From NCBI GenBank assembly GCA_002633005.1, contig NMRA01000025.1, positions 1,095,160 through 1,159,159 of the forward strand: a stretch of 64,000 nucleotides of DNA, given 5' to 3'. Position numbers and translations under genes: made by a program. This DNA is from Phoronis australis (taxonomy: Eukaryota > Animalia > Phoronida). The notes under the pieces were generated by a model that ran no database searches, was not told the origin of the DNA, and saw only the letters and a program-made list of their open reading frames with translations. Shown here piece by piece: positions 1 to 13,300 of the stretch. How positions within the stretch are numbered: position 1 is the stretch's first letter; every line of letters begins with the position of its first letter.

Positions 1-3000
1 TTATTTTTCTTCTGTGTTCTCTTCTTTGCTTTCCTTTTATTTTTCTTCTCCCGCCTTCGCCGCTCCCATTTGTGTTAATCATGACATCATACAGTTTATG
101 ATTGGAGGTTTGGTTACTGCGCACAGCTAGTCCACTAAAGAGACCGTCGTGACACTTCCTTCGACAGATTGTTCACTGGGTGGCGAAGAATGTCCAAAAG
201 TGTTCGCGCCTAATTGAGAACGCGAATGCTAGGCAAGAACCCTATTGATTTGTATCCCACTAACCGGTACTGCGGTAAATTGAACGGCTCCAGAAATTCT
301 CGAAAACTTGGCGTTTACATTCCAAGACCAGCTCTGGTTCAAGCCGACATCATTAGTTTAACAATGTAACACACAATAGTTTTCTTGTTTAAATTTCACC
401 CACTCCAATTACTGTCGCAGCTGACTTGGTGGTTTTGGATATCTATAGCCTGTTAATCGGTGAAAAGCCGGGAAGTTCGCTGTGGGATATCCTCGCGGAC
501 AGCCGGCAGATGACAGCAGGGCTTGATGACTTCACATCCGTTACTACATAATCCGACATCTAAATTTATCTTGTACACTCGAGTCACCTGACACAAATTG
601 ACAGAAATGTGAAGGAAAGTCGGACCAAAAAGTACGATAAGAGATAGTTAGACAGATGGAGTTTCAGTACATCTATCGGGAAAAAGATAAAAAATGTAAA
701 TTCGTGGAATGATGGCTAGGCTAACAAAACCAACATTTTTAAATTGTACTCGAGAAATAAAACGGTGTGCTATGCAATAAAGACAAATAAATATTTAAAT
801 TACCAAATTAAGAGAAAAAAAACACAAAAAAAACAGAACCCTCATGTTGCAATGATGTTCCAGTCTTCTAAATTCAACGTCTTGCAAAGAACTGAAAACC
901 ATGTATCTGTTGATTTATACTGTGATAGGTAACCGTTTTTCAGTCGTTCTCGCGAAACACAAGAACGTTCATTTATCGGTTTAGTCCCATTGCTTCGGTG
1001 CTGGTGGCGCTCTGGACAATTGGATTTTGTGAATAACCGTACGGGAAGTGTCCATCGGGCAAGTTCGCAACTACTGAATTGTAAATTAAGCTCCACGTGA
1101 ATTATCATGAGCGTTTTAAAGTAATACATACTCTAGCACATACAATGTAGATTGGTTTGGATTCGCAAGCACTAGGTTCTTTAATTTGCATTAATTAAGT
1201 GCAACGGTTCTTACCACCTGCTGCCGACTGAACAGTCCTCCCGTTGTATTTGATGATGTAATCTGTCTTTGTAATTACAAGAGATTCACCTGCTGATTGC
1301 TGTAGCATATGCCTGCAGACTCTCCATTGTTGTGGAGCTGAGAACAAATTGACGACAGACAGTTATGATTCTACTGGTGATGTTTTGTTTCGCCATCACG
1401 CCTCTATGTTATGTTGTTTCGAGACTTGGAAGTCTGTCCGTCGTGCATAGAAGGAAATTATTGAAACGGCCAGGTTTTGAGTGTGTAGAGTAATTTTCAG
1501 TTGTGAGCATGGGAGTCATACGGAAATATGCCGATATTTAGGAGTGGAAACAATTATTTGTGTCCGTGCCTCTAAATTCTAGCTACGACCTTTTAAACTA
1601 CATTCCCGGTTTGTAGACAACAAATCCGCATTACAAATCCCCAAACTCAGCGTGCCCCTAAATTTCACACGCCGAAATGTTGCATACCCGGTGGCCCAAT
1701 TGAAGTCTTTGGCCGCGACCTGTTTCTTCATCCTAACCCCCGGGGTTACGCATAAAGAGAAGTGAGCGGGGCGTGCCGCTCAGAAAGGTGGCTCAGTTTT
1801 TCACGATCAGTTTCTCTACGAAAGCGTGCCTTTTATGACAATATTCCCTAAATGGTTCACCTCGAGCGTTCGAAACTCCACCTGAGGTTCCCTTTTTCCA
1901 ACGACACAAATCTACAGGAAAAGTTTTTGTAATTGTCTTCATTCATGAAACTTTTTGTACTCATTTTGACTACATGCCATATCTTCTTTTACTACTTCTG
2001 ATTAAATATCCAATTACCCAAGAAATTCCTACGAATGGTTGAGGTTTACAGAACTAGCCCTCGGCTAAAGTTTTGGTGCTTGTGGAAGAAAACAGGATTG
2101 ACAGAGTGACTGTTTCATGGAAGGTCGCTGCGACTGGCTCCAAGTTTTCGTGTGCACTCTCTGAATATGTAGACATCCTAATTTTCCAGCTGCACCTCCA
2201 CTTCCATTAAATAGAGTCGATTACCCTCCGATCCGAGACTGGGGTTTAGAGGGTCGTATCTGGAATTTAGAGGTGCACCCATGGATAAACCTCTAGACAC
2301 GTTATAATTGATTCAAGTACTATAGTGGAGTCATCAGAGGACAACGGACATGTATATCGTTGAGCGGAAAGTGTCTTCAAAATAATATTTCCATCGTATC
2401 CTATAAACATACATTCTCAATATTTGAATATTTGATTTATCAGTTTTTTTTTTGTTTTCATCTTTACACATTAAAGGCAGTAGCTGTGAACAATTCTTAA
2501 AATGAAAGTAATCGAAGAGACCATTTCAGAGATTTTTTGTCAGATTATGCAAAGTGGCCCGAGGAAAGGGAACGGTGTTCGAGGGTATGGAATAGTTTTC
2601 ATGTCTGTTAAGGGCGAAAGAATGTGTGGAAGCAGGGTTCGTCTAGGCGCGATCACAAAATATGTTCGCGAAGGGGTAACGTGGGTCCGCGAGAGGGAAT
2701 AGCGTGAGTGAGAGAAGGATTTTGTACGCAGGTGGACAAAACCAATCGAGGGATAGGATGTCGCCATGCAATAAGCCGCGAACATTTAGCCACTGAAAAA
2801 CTCGCCGAAATCCATCACCGATAACCTCAGCGGTGCTGACGTATTTTTGTTAAAGTATGCACACTTTTATCTCGAATGTGAAGCATTAATAATATTTAAA
2901 GATACTACATTACATAGATTCCCGATCACTTTGTTATCTGTGCAACGTCGGTTTGATTTCTCAAATAGATTAATGCTTCACGTTTTTGTTCTAAACACTG

Positions 3001-6000
3001 GCAGCAGTCGAATTATAAACAGAACACAAGTAGAATGCGCAACAACACGTTTTTGTTTTCATGACTGTAGGGTTGGTATCCCCTCGAAGCCTTGTCGATC
3101 GTTTTCTACAATCACCTGCCAACTTTTACAAAACGTGAAACTGCAATGTGAAGCCAATGGTATGTGAATCTATCGGATGTAGTTTGCACAACAGGCCAGA
3201 AAACAAATATTTTCACTGTATCTAATCTTCTAAAACACCTGCTTCCGACGGCTCCCGACTAATCCTCCGGAAATACATATGTAAGATCTTTCTGTGAACT
3301 GCATATCACGATATGTATGTAAAATAAAATATAATACGTACTACGGCATAAAAAGTTATATCTGTGTTTGAATTCTAATGACAATTTTTATATCGGCATA
3401 CGTCTCCCAAATATGCCCAAGTGATCTAAATCAACTGATTTTGTTATGGAAGGTCGGTTTATAGTCGCTTTACTTTCGTGATGTCATGATGGATGCTAAG
3501 ATTAAGACTTTCAAATGCATTTTGTACGGGAGCAGAGACGTTTTCGTCCCCATGTTGGTAAAGCTTGCTGTCACAGACCCCGTTTCCTCCATTTGGGATG
3601 GTTTCTTATGACTCGAAAGACAAGGCCTATTTTGTGTTAAATAATTGTGATTGACAAGCTGACTAGTTTTGCACGATGTTATTCTCCAGGAACAAATTCA
3701 AACAAAAACGTCGAACTTGTGTAAATCCCGACTGATAACGTGACTGAACTGTCGACTAGCTGTTGCCATGATTATCAGAAGCCACATTTGGCGAATGGTT
3801 CTACATTTCTGCCATCGTTTACTAAATAGAGATAACACTTTTATTTTACATAACTGAAAAGTGGAGGAGGGTTTATGAAAAATCTAGAAATGTAGTGATA
3901 TAGTTCAGAAAGTAATTTTGGTTCTCAGTGACAGGACAGGGCTTGGCATCTGCGTTCGGTACAAATATTAACTCCATCTTTGATCGTAAACTCGCGACAG
4001 TACCCGATTTTTAGGCGTGTATAGTATTACGTAAAATGACAGTTTGCTGAACCTTGCAACATCTGATAAGACAATGAGCCGACACGGTCACCGCTCCGAG
4101 ACTGCAAAGATGGGACCCATCAAGCTATGCTGTAAGCTGACGAGATTGGAGGTTGGAACTGTGAAGACGGTTTCTAACTGTTGTCATAAAATGTTTGCAT
4201 TGGTGTTGTCGTCTGATTGTATGGGAAATAAATGTGCAAGTTTAAGCATAATTACCTCCCTTGTTTTCATGCCAAGATTTATTCCACACCATTGGCATCT
4301 TAATCTGTTAGGAACGATTACATGACAATGCCGATAATTACGTCCGTATACAGCTATCCATGCTACATGAATTCGTCTTGGCCAAATCAATAAGGCAAAC
4401 AATTGGTTCTTAGTGGGTTGGCATGTGCCCGCTAACTACCAGGCCAAATCCCATTGACAAACCCAGAATCATGCAGGTAAGCAGTGGACACTCCCGGTGG
4501 TGTCCGCTCGTAATCCTCCGGTCACTCAGTCCCAGTAATTAGTCTCGCCGTGTGCCCCAAGCAACAGGTATTAAACACCTGGAGGAATCAATGGCTTTGT
4601 AAGCAAGCTGTTAATAAGCGTAAACAAACGACACAATTGTGTTATTCATCCCGAATGAACCGCAACAAAGTCATGTCTAGTAATCCCCAGCCTGGGTCCT
4701 GGGAAACAATTTTGTGAAGCGGCCTGCAAAAGGGGCTATCGGGAAACGCCAAATAGTAAGGTTACGACTAATTTTTTAATGAACGTTGTTGAAAACAGAC
4801 GTTCAAAATCGCGTGCATTTTTGTGACACAACAATATACCTAATTTTCACAAGTTCGTTACATATACTTATGAGTACTATTATGCTGAAAAAATTAATTG
4901 CGTATAAAAACTTTGTATATGACAGCTCCTCTGAGAAATGGGAAAATTTCATTGTTCACGTTAACTCCATGTAGAAGTTGTTTACTTTATAGAGATACGA
5001 GAATGGTCTCTCCTGTGGTGTGCATGCGTGAATGAATGGATATACTTATTTGTTTGTTTGTCTTTTGTACTTGTTTATAAATGATAATAACTACCTGAAA
5101 AAATCGCGTGCATTTTACCCACCAAAGAACATCCACAGAAGTTGATTGCATGCATACTGTCTAATTTGCACTCCTCGGTCTGTTTCATTCAAACCTAGGT
5201 GCGGACAGCAAGGCCTTCAAGATTATTGAGCCCTTTTGTTCTGAATTACTGTTTAGATGAGGTATTCCCTAAAAAATATTGCGCTTCACTGAAGACGTTT
5301 ATTTAATGCATGCTTTGTCCTTCGGAAAGAAAAATAATTTCACCTGATGATTCCATGAGTAGTCACCTGATTCTAAATTAATATTTCCCTAAATATGTTT
5401 GACGTTCGACTTGAGGCTACGTGCGCCATTTCAATTTTTTTTATTCTCTGATTTTTATTAATAGATCATTCCTGAGAAGCCTTCGAATTTTAGTTAACGA
5501 ATAGGTACGCCAACCATGTGTCGTTTATATTCTAGGTTACATGGCAAACTTCGTCACAAACTCTGGTAGTAGTCAAATTATTATAGTTTGAATGCGTAAC
5601 TGTATGAACGATACCCCCCTTCGAGTTTTCACCGGGTTGTACATTTATATTTACGATTTTAGTGCGTCGAAAATTATCATTTGTTACACCCAAACCGTCC
5701 AACGTAGGCTTTGTGTATTGCAAAGTACACGTTTCGCCACCTCTGCCGTTGTCTATCAAACGCTGACACTGTGAGTTCGATGAAGGTGAAAAAGAGAAAT
5801 GGTCAGTTAAATTCAGCCGGTGGGTTGACTAAGTGGACCTTTTAAACCGAACATCAAATAGTTTGTCCAACACAAAAACACTGCAGGTCTTGTCATCATG
5901 TGAATGGAATATCAAAACTCAACGACAGCAGATGCGAAACGTCCACTGTGAGCTGAGACTGGAGACGGGTGTGAACTGACTTGGACCCAGGGCTCATACT

Positions 6001-7619
6001 TTCTGACGTCACCGACCGCGTGTCCAGACTAGAGGGTCAATGAAGACATAAAACCCCATGCCGAGTTTTGTTGGCGCCGTCTCTGACCACTGGGGAAGCC
6101 CGAAGTATTGAACATGAGGGGACCCGAATTGCCGGCGACTATGAGGGTGGCGGTGTTTTGAGTGGCAATAACCTACCAAGTTTACTTTGCAATGAACAGG
6201 GAAATTGAGAGTTTCGACCGCGGGCCAGAACTCTTTTGGTATGAACTAGGTGGGATGGCCCTGTCGTGCCCCCGTGCTTAGGCCAGTGTTTCTGACAATC
6301 GCAAAATGAAACAATCAGTTGCGAAGCGGTCACCTGGGACATTTACTAGTAATCCTTTGCATTATTTACTTTAACCATAGACAACCTATTTTCACTGTTC
6401 CGCGTTTTGCTGCAATACAAAACGATTATGCGTAATCTAAGAAGTCCTGAACAAGCTGAAAAGTCAACCAGATTATGCACTGGTGTGACTTCAAACCACC
6501 CTCTTCGCTGAATGCACCTGAAAGACCGACAACGTATTCAGGCGTAACATAACCCGTGGCTTTTGTGATGAAACTAACGCCGATGTGTCTAGTAGGTTAC
6601 AATTACCCGGTTGTATTCTATTGTTAGACATTTGTTTAGAAAGTGCTGATTTAGGCAGTGGATGTATGTATACATGCAATAAGACGAAACATATTGTGTG
6701 AGAAAACTTATATAAGGTAACGAAATGATTGCCACACACATCAGTGTTACTATATCTAACTGCTTCCATTTTTTAACTTGTACTTTATTCAACTTTACTG
6801 GTCACACAAAAAATATGTCCATCAAACTAAGATGAAAATTTCCTTGCTACAAAACCATTGGTTTCCAAATTGAGTTAGAATAGAGATATGACCTACGATC
6901 AAACTGAAGCGACCAATTTTAGACTGTTTAAGCCTTTGAATCGTTTTACTCCTTAATGTTCTGGATTTTCTTTCTTTATCACATCCGAAATAAAGTACTG
7001 TCACGGTAACAGAAATTTCAAGGCGCAGTATACACGCAAGTTGCTCACTGACTTATGGACATAAATGACAGGGGCCAGTCTGTCCAAGTTTTTGATTCTG
7101 ATTTTCGAACATTCAAACAAGAGGAAATAAAGTTTAAAGTATGTTTGTATCTAAAGCAAACGTTTTGCACAACGAACTGCATTTTGGTTAGCACCTATTT
7201 GACGACTACGATTTTCATTAAACATACATTGGCGCAACTAGGATGTCGCAAGGGAGGTACAACCACAATTTTTGAAGTTACCTTGTTCGCGCAACCACTA
7301 AAACGACATTCTGGCGCTTTTCGAGTTTTCTGTCTCGTCCCCGCCAACTAAGATATAGAAGCACACTGTTTGTCAATGTTCACTAATTATTGACCGGCTA
7401 GAGGTTTAAAAAGTTCGTGTACGCATTCGCATGTATCACTTGAGGAAATAGTATAACTGCCACAAAATTACATTATAGATAATGTGGGTTTCGAAATAAT
7501 GATGGGTGTCGAGGTAGTTCAGATGGTTTCAATATTCTCGTTTGCTAAATGTATTCATATAAACGTTTTTTGTAGTTTTTGATACGTGTCCGTGTAGAGT
7601 AATTAGACTTGGCACATGT

Positions 7620-8080
7620 TCAGATATTTCCCGCTTACGGTCAGCTTTGTGTGGCAAATTACGATTGCACCACGATTGTGAAATACAAAAAAGATAGCAA
7701 AACCTCAGAAGCAGTCACCTTAGCGTTCGAAGAGACAAGCATGTGCCGAACCTGACGGCACGAATTTACGTCTCTACAGGAGTTCTTTCAGTGTATTTAT
7801 TTGTCAATTCATTCATGACCGAGGCAATTTTCTGTCCTCCTTAAGCTCCGCCCACTGGCGTAGGAATTTTATGAATAAATAAGTTCTAAAATTTACCAAT
7901 GTTCTCCATTAAAGTATTTCCGAAACATATGTGAAATAAAAAATAAATAAACTCAAAATAGTTTTGAACCTTTTTATGTATCTATCCTATCTTTGTATAA
8001 TTCTTTAGTACCAAATGATTACCGCGCGCAGGAATTTTACAACGGTAAAGAGGCCTGGCTTGGAAGGCCTTTATCAGTGG
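7620..8080 (+). promoter_or_regulatory. Putative myc proximal promoter
   Basis: E2F-type TTTCCCGC 7627-7634, GC box CCGCCC 7848-7853, CCAAT 7896-7900 and Inr-like TCAGT 8074-8078 upstream of a strong splice donor at 8207. TSS position is inferred, not observed. Confidence 0.4.
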
Positions 8081-8206
8081 TATACAGCTTGGTTTAGCGG
8101 GCTTTCTTGCGTAGTGCTTGAACGTTGTAGGTTGAGTGAGTTGTGTAGCTAAAGTATTCGAGCATTTAAGTGAAATTTTCACTTGGGAGTTAAATAACAA
8201 CAACTG
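8075..8206 (+). other. myc: Probable non-coding first exon of myc (5' end approximate)
   Basis: Consensus donor CTG|GTAAGT at 8207-8212 and a polypyrimidine acceptor TGTTTTTGTTTCAG ending 8585, 29 nt before the ATG; matches the three-exon layout of myc genes. Confidence 0.55.
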
Positions 8207-8614
8207 GTAAGTTATCTACGTGATCAGACCATTCACTTCCGTTAATGTCATATCTAACTTTTGTGTAGTTTCAGAGATATTTTGTACATTCTTCAGCAAT
8301 ATGCCGGTAACACCCACGTGAAGTTTAAATGTCCGCCTTACCGGCATGTTGTAGCTACTCGTGTGGCACATACAGCTGTTACGTTACGAGTTGCGTTTTT
8401 GACTTGGTTGGTTAAACTTGTGTCTTTGTCCGTTTATTTTATTTTAAGTGAAAGGTTTTGGTGAAATGTAATTTTTACATTGAACTTTTGGAAGTTTGGT
8501 TGCGAACACAGCCACGAGTGTTGTGAAAACCCCGATAAGCCGGCATGTGCTTTATCTGAAGTTTATTAAAATGTTTTTGTTTCAGAATTAAAAAGACAGT
8601 TGCAGATCGCAGAT

Positions 8615-9176
8615 ATGGCGCGGAAATTAGATTATTGCAGGCGGCATGTCGACTTCGACGATTTTCAACCGTGTTTTTATGAAGACAATGAGTGGGAAGA
8701 GAAGTCGTACATAACACCAACACCCAGCGACGATATTTGGAAAAAGTTCGAGTTACTGCCAACACCCCCACGATCTCCTCGTCGTGACGAAGCAGAGACG
8801 GGAGTTTGTCAGTGTCAGGCATTATTCTGTTCAAACGCCACACACAAACTGTCGCTCGTGTCAGGATTCATGGAGTACGACGACCCAATTTCACAAACTC
8901 TCTTTCTACCTATCTCGGACATTCTAATTCCATCTGGAAACCTCAAATCAAATTTGATTCAGGACTGTATGTGGTCGGGATTGCAAGGTGAAGAAGCATC
9001 GAAAAATATAACCTCAGTCAACAAAACCTCAACACTCGACGACACAGTCTCGTCAACCAGGTGCGTCGACCCTGCAACAGTGTTCCCGTACCCTGCCGAC
9101 ACGACGACGAACAGGGACCACAGCTACAGTGCTTCGGCCACGTCAAGAATTCCTGTTGAGACACCATCCGATTCTG
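8615..9176 (+). CDS. myc: Myc transcription factor, first coding exon (transactivation region)
   Basis: Translation contains DFDDFQPCFY, Myc box I PSDDIWKKFELLPTPPRSP, Myc box II LIQDCMWSG and Myc box IIIa CVDPATVFPYP, ending ETPSDS-G|GTAAGT (phase-1 donor at 9177). Confidence 0.97.
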
Positions 9177-9444
9177 GTAAGTTTGTTTCTGTGGGAAAAA
9201 TAAATTCAAAACGTTCTGTCAGCTGAACATGGCCCCCGTGTCTTCGATACTTTTTAGCACATGCGTTCAGAAACTTGTTACATTGTTAATACCTGATACT
9301 AAGGATGTGTATTGATGTAGTATGGTGCTTGGCAAACCTCCAGAAACATGATTTTATAAATGTATCCAACTTAGACACGTGCATGCTATAAATATTTGGA
9401 TCGCTGCCTTTTGGAAATAAACCTATTCTGTAAATGTTTTGCAG

Positions 9445-10001
9445 AGGATGAAATAGATGTAGTCACTGTGGACAAGTTGCAGTTCCCCCGAAAACACCAC
9501 CTGAACAGCGCTACTTCCGTGAGAGCTTCAGAATTGCGTGAGCATCTAACGGTGCTAGCTAGAAAAAGGCCAGCTGATCAGGTGTCCATGCCAACGCAGA
9601 TAAAAAAGATTCGCTATAATGTTCAGGAAAGTGACTTGAAATCTGTGCCTCTCACAAAACTGAGTCGTTCGATATGCTCCAGTAGAAGTAGCTCGCAAGC
9701 TAGCTCAGACTCTGAAGAGTGTGAAAACGGAAAACGGTCACAACACAATGTTCTGGAGCGAAAGAGGCGGAATGATTTGAAGTTCAGCTTTCTCTGTTTG
9801 CGAGACCATGTACCTGAGCTTGAGAACCAGGAACGTGCTGCGAAAGTTGTGATTCTGAGAAAAGCCTCGAACTATATAAATAGCTTAAACGCTACTCATC
9901 AGAAACTTGTCGATGAATTGAATGCTGAGCGGGAACGCAAAGAGCGTTTAGTGGAGAGATTAGCTGAGTTGAAGTCGTTTGAAGACCCAAACTTTTTTTA
10001 A
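9445..10001 (+). CDS. myc: Myc transcription factor, second coding exon (Myc box IIIb, bHLH-leucine zipper)
   Basis: Acceptor TTTTGCAG ends 9444. Splicing restores E-DEIDVVTV (MBIIIb); basic region KRSQHNVLERKRRNDLK, HLH ...AAKVVILRKA, zipper, TAA at 9999-10001. Spliced CDS 1119 nt = 372 aa. Confidence 0.97.
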
Positions 10002-10340
10002 TTGGAACTACTTGTAGGTTTTGCTTTCTGACTGTATCCCGTTGATTATTATCACGGGTGACAGTCTATATGGGCTTGCGGAAATGTGTGTGCAGGCACT
10101 TTCTGGTGATAAAATTCGGGCTGGTGACAGTGTCAAAGATTTTCTGGTTAAATATATAAGATGTAAGATTTGTATTCTATATTTTTGTTACATTTAACTG
10201 ATTACATAACTTGTATATATGTGGTTCATTTTATTATATTTTATAATCATGTAATATAGATTATGTAAGTAAAGTATAAACATCAAAACATTTATCTTTT
10301 TTGTATTATTTGTTATTTAAGAGTGATTTAATATATATTT
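10002..10340 (+). promoter_or_regulatory. AU-rich myc 3' UTR (3' end uncertain)
   Basis: Very AT-rich stretch after the stop with several ATTTA pentamers (about 10190-10330), Pumilio-type TGTATATA 10212-10219, and variant poly(A) hexamers AGTAAA 10268/TATAAA 10275 followed by U-rich sequence; first canonical AATAAA seen at 11010. Confidence 0.5.
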
Positions 10341-13300
10341 TAGTTTTTTGATAGAGACTAGGTTATCACTTAGCTATATTGTCAATATAGCTGGAGCAGT
10401 GTTCAAGTTGAAGGAATAGCAATACTAGCTGTTAACCTCATTTGTATGTTGCTGGTGCATTAAATGACCATGCATACTTTTTCTCCTCTAAGATACTTTC
10501 CTACAATACTGTGTAAGATGAAATGTAAGAATCACTAAGTAAAAGTAATTGTGAGTTCAGTCTTGTCAGAAGCACTGATAGACTAATCAGTTTTCTTTGT
10601 TCATTTCGGAAATATACATCAGGTGATGTAAATACAAGTTTTATGATAACATTCACATTTCACTGTGTTTCTGTTCACCTTTTTACTGTTTGTGTGATTA
10701 AATATTACCATTTCGTAAAATCTCATGGAGCTTGTCTTTGTTTGTTTTCCTCTGCTATGCTGTGCCCTTTAAATCCTGCACCACGACAACCTTTCTTTGT
10801 TCCTTATAGACATAGTCCGCCAGCTTGACCTATTTAGAAGTTTGGCGGGAAATCTATGAATGGCTAACCGTAAAGCTTTTCAGTATTTACACAGTCTCGA
10901 ATGAAGCTAGCAGGGCACATTCACCTCAAGATTATACCCGTTCCAAAACATAAACAGAAGGGTTTTAAGACACGATTTGGGTTTTTATTCACTAGTATAT
11001 TTAGCTAAAAATAAAGCCGTAACAACTTTTTCGTTTGCTACATGAAAGTTGCGCTGACTCGGCCACGGGACATTCCTACGTGGGGCTCCTTATGGGGAAC
11101 GCATTGTTGTTATATAGTTCGTCACCAGGCATCCGTTGGTCTTGTGCACTTGCTATTGATTGGGAACTCCGATTTATTTCGACTTGCCTATGCGGACATG
11201 AAGACAGCAGTTGAATGAGGATTGAATATTGGTTATAAATGTACAATCAACGTTTGCAACCGTAATCTTGTTATCAGCTAGAGATATCCGCACTACCTTG
11301 GCTCAGTGATAAGCCTATCCCATTTCCGCTAAGCAACATTTTTGAGTGAAATTTACAAAACAGATAACTTACATCGTGTTCGTTGAGTATTGATAAGGAC
11401 CCGGTTTCTGATGATTAATCTGTTAAGTGTAAGTTGGTTAGAAAAGAGTAGGATCGTGCTTTCAATCAAAACGGTGTTAGATACCGTAGATGGGAAGTTA
11501 TAAAGGAGTCGCTTGTGAAGAGTGTGCTTGTATTTTGGCCCATCCGAAATGATGCGTTTTTCACAGCTATTTTACTTTAGTCATAGAGGAACTCTGTGGG
11601 GGGCAATGAGGTCTGGATCCCTTTTTCCCCTGAGTTTACTGATATCAAATCTAGAATTTTCAAATTATTGACTCTGACCCCTTTTTAAAAAAACCTTGAT
11701 CCGACACCCCGTTCTAAAAAAAATCCTAGATCCGCATCTGCAGGTGCTTCGTATATTCGCCTGTGCCTAAATTTTGCTTTAAAGTTCATTTGTATGGACG
11801 CATAAGCACATGCATTTTTATGGGTTAAACCAAATAATGTAACCGAGCGACCTCGGCAGTGTCTTTCATAGATAATAAGTTATTGGACGTTGTCGGTTCA
11901 CTTCTGAAATTATATGTAAGCGTGTGTTAGCATGTAGGAATAACAGTAGTCTAATACAGCTTACAAGACTAGAGTACAGTGACTAAACTATGATACAGTA
12001 ACGCAATTTTCGTCCTTAACGTATTCTTAATTGCAAAGGATGAATCTAATATCGTATGTTGTGTGCATGGTTTGAAGTTAAAATTTGAATTGAACCAATT
12101 CGCTAACACGTTCAAAAACAAACGTAAACGCACTGTGCAAGTACGAACATGCGTACGCAATACTATGTGAGCCTATGTCATTTGTAAGAAATGTCATCAT
12201 TGCATTCCAGGAGTCAAACGGCTGTGGATAATCTTTTTAAAAATATTGGGTGCGCCTATATCTGGCGCATCACTTTCAAAACAGCTTCGAATACAGGCGC
12301 ATGATCTTAATTGCGCACATACACGGAAGTAGATTATTCAAAAGTTGATGCAAGAAAATTGCGACACTGTTTTTCTTCGAAACTCGCCATAACAAAGCCT
12401 TATTCCAAAATCGCTATGGATTTCTAGTATTCGAGGGTATAACGGGTTTCCTTCATGGGCACAAATTGAGGAGCTTGGTAACAATTACCAGAATATTGTG
12501 CTTTTTGAACATTCTGCCAGAATTCTAAAACTAGTGATTCATTTGTTCCCCCCGGCAAATTGAGCTTGCATGTGAGACGGCACCAGACGGTCGCATGGCT
12601 CAACAGGGAGGCCGTCGGTCATTGGCTTCGCAGATTTTTGCTTTGAGAAAATAAAACCAAAAGAGAAAAACATTCAATTAAAAAATTGAAGTGTGTGGAA
12701 GCATTATCTTAGAAAATTGAAATCTCATTTAACATGTGCACTGAAAACAAACTTGGAAATGGATTCATGTAATTACATGTCAAAGCGTGTTCTTGTAAAC
12801 TCACTGTGCCAAATTACCAAACGGTTTAGTTTTTGTTTTAGAACTTTGCAAAGGATACGTTTTTAACAGTTGGCCCATAATTGAAAATCGTTCAATTTCA
12901 TTTAACGCGTAGGTTTGTTGCGTTTAAAAGCCCAGGGTTGTTTGGTGAATTCGATCCAATATGTGAACATTTTGTGGGTTTACCGAGAGAATGACAATAT
13001 TATGAGGAAACAGACAAAAGATCAAGCCTTTGGCAAAAAAAGCTCTCGAATCCATTTTAGTCACACGAACTATCTAAAAGGATTTGGGTTCAGTCTGAAA
13101 AGGATGGGAATCCTGGGACAGGTCCGTGGGAGCAAGAACCTCGATAACGAAGTTAGTTTGTGATCACGTGCTTCGTTTGTAATACATATCTCGCGAAGTT
13201 TTGTATATTCTTGTGTTTTCGCGAGATCCTTTCCTCCACGAATGTCTGATTTCACATTGGTAGTCTAAAACCATTGAGTACCCAGGCGCACATCCTGAGG

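Noticed and set aside
1-7600. Short ORFs upstream of myc
   Set aside because: No recognisable domains or consistent exon structure; treated as intergenic or regulatory DNA.
8600-9226. ORF-track limits for myc (TTG start at 8600, stop at 9226; second ORF from 9396)
   Set aside because: These ends are read-through into UTR or intron; splice sites and Myc-box continuity define 8615-9176 and 9445-10001.
9888-9975. Glu replacing one heptad Leu in the Myc zipper
   Set aside because: The other heptad leucines are intact and such deviations are not unusual in invertebrate Myc; not evidence of lost Max binding.
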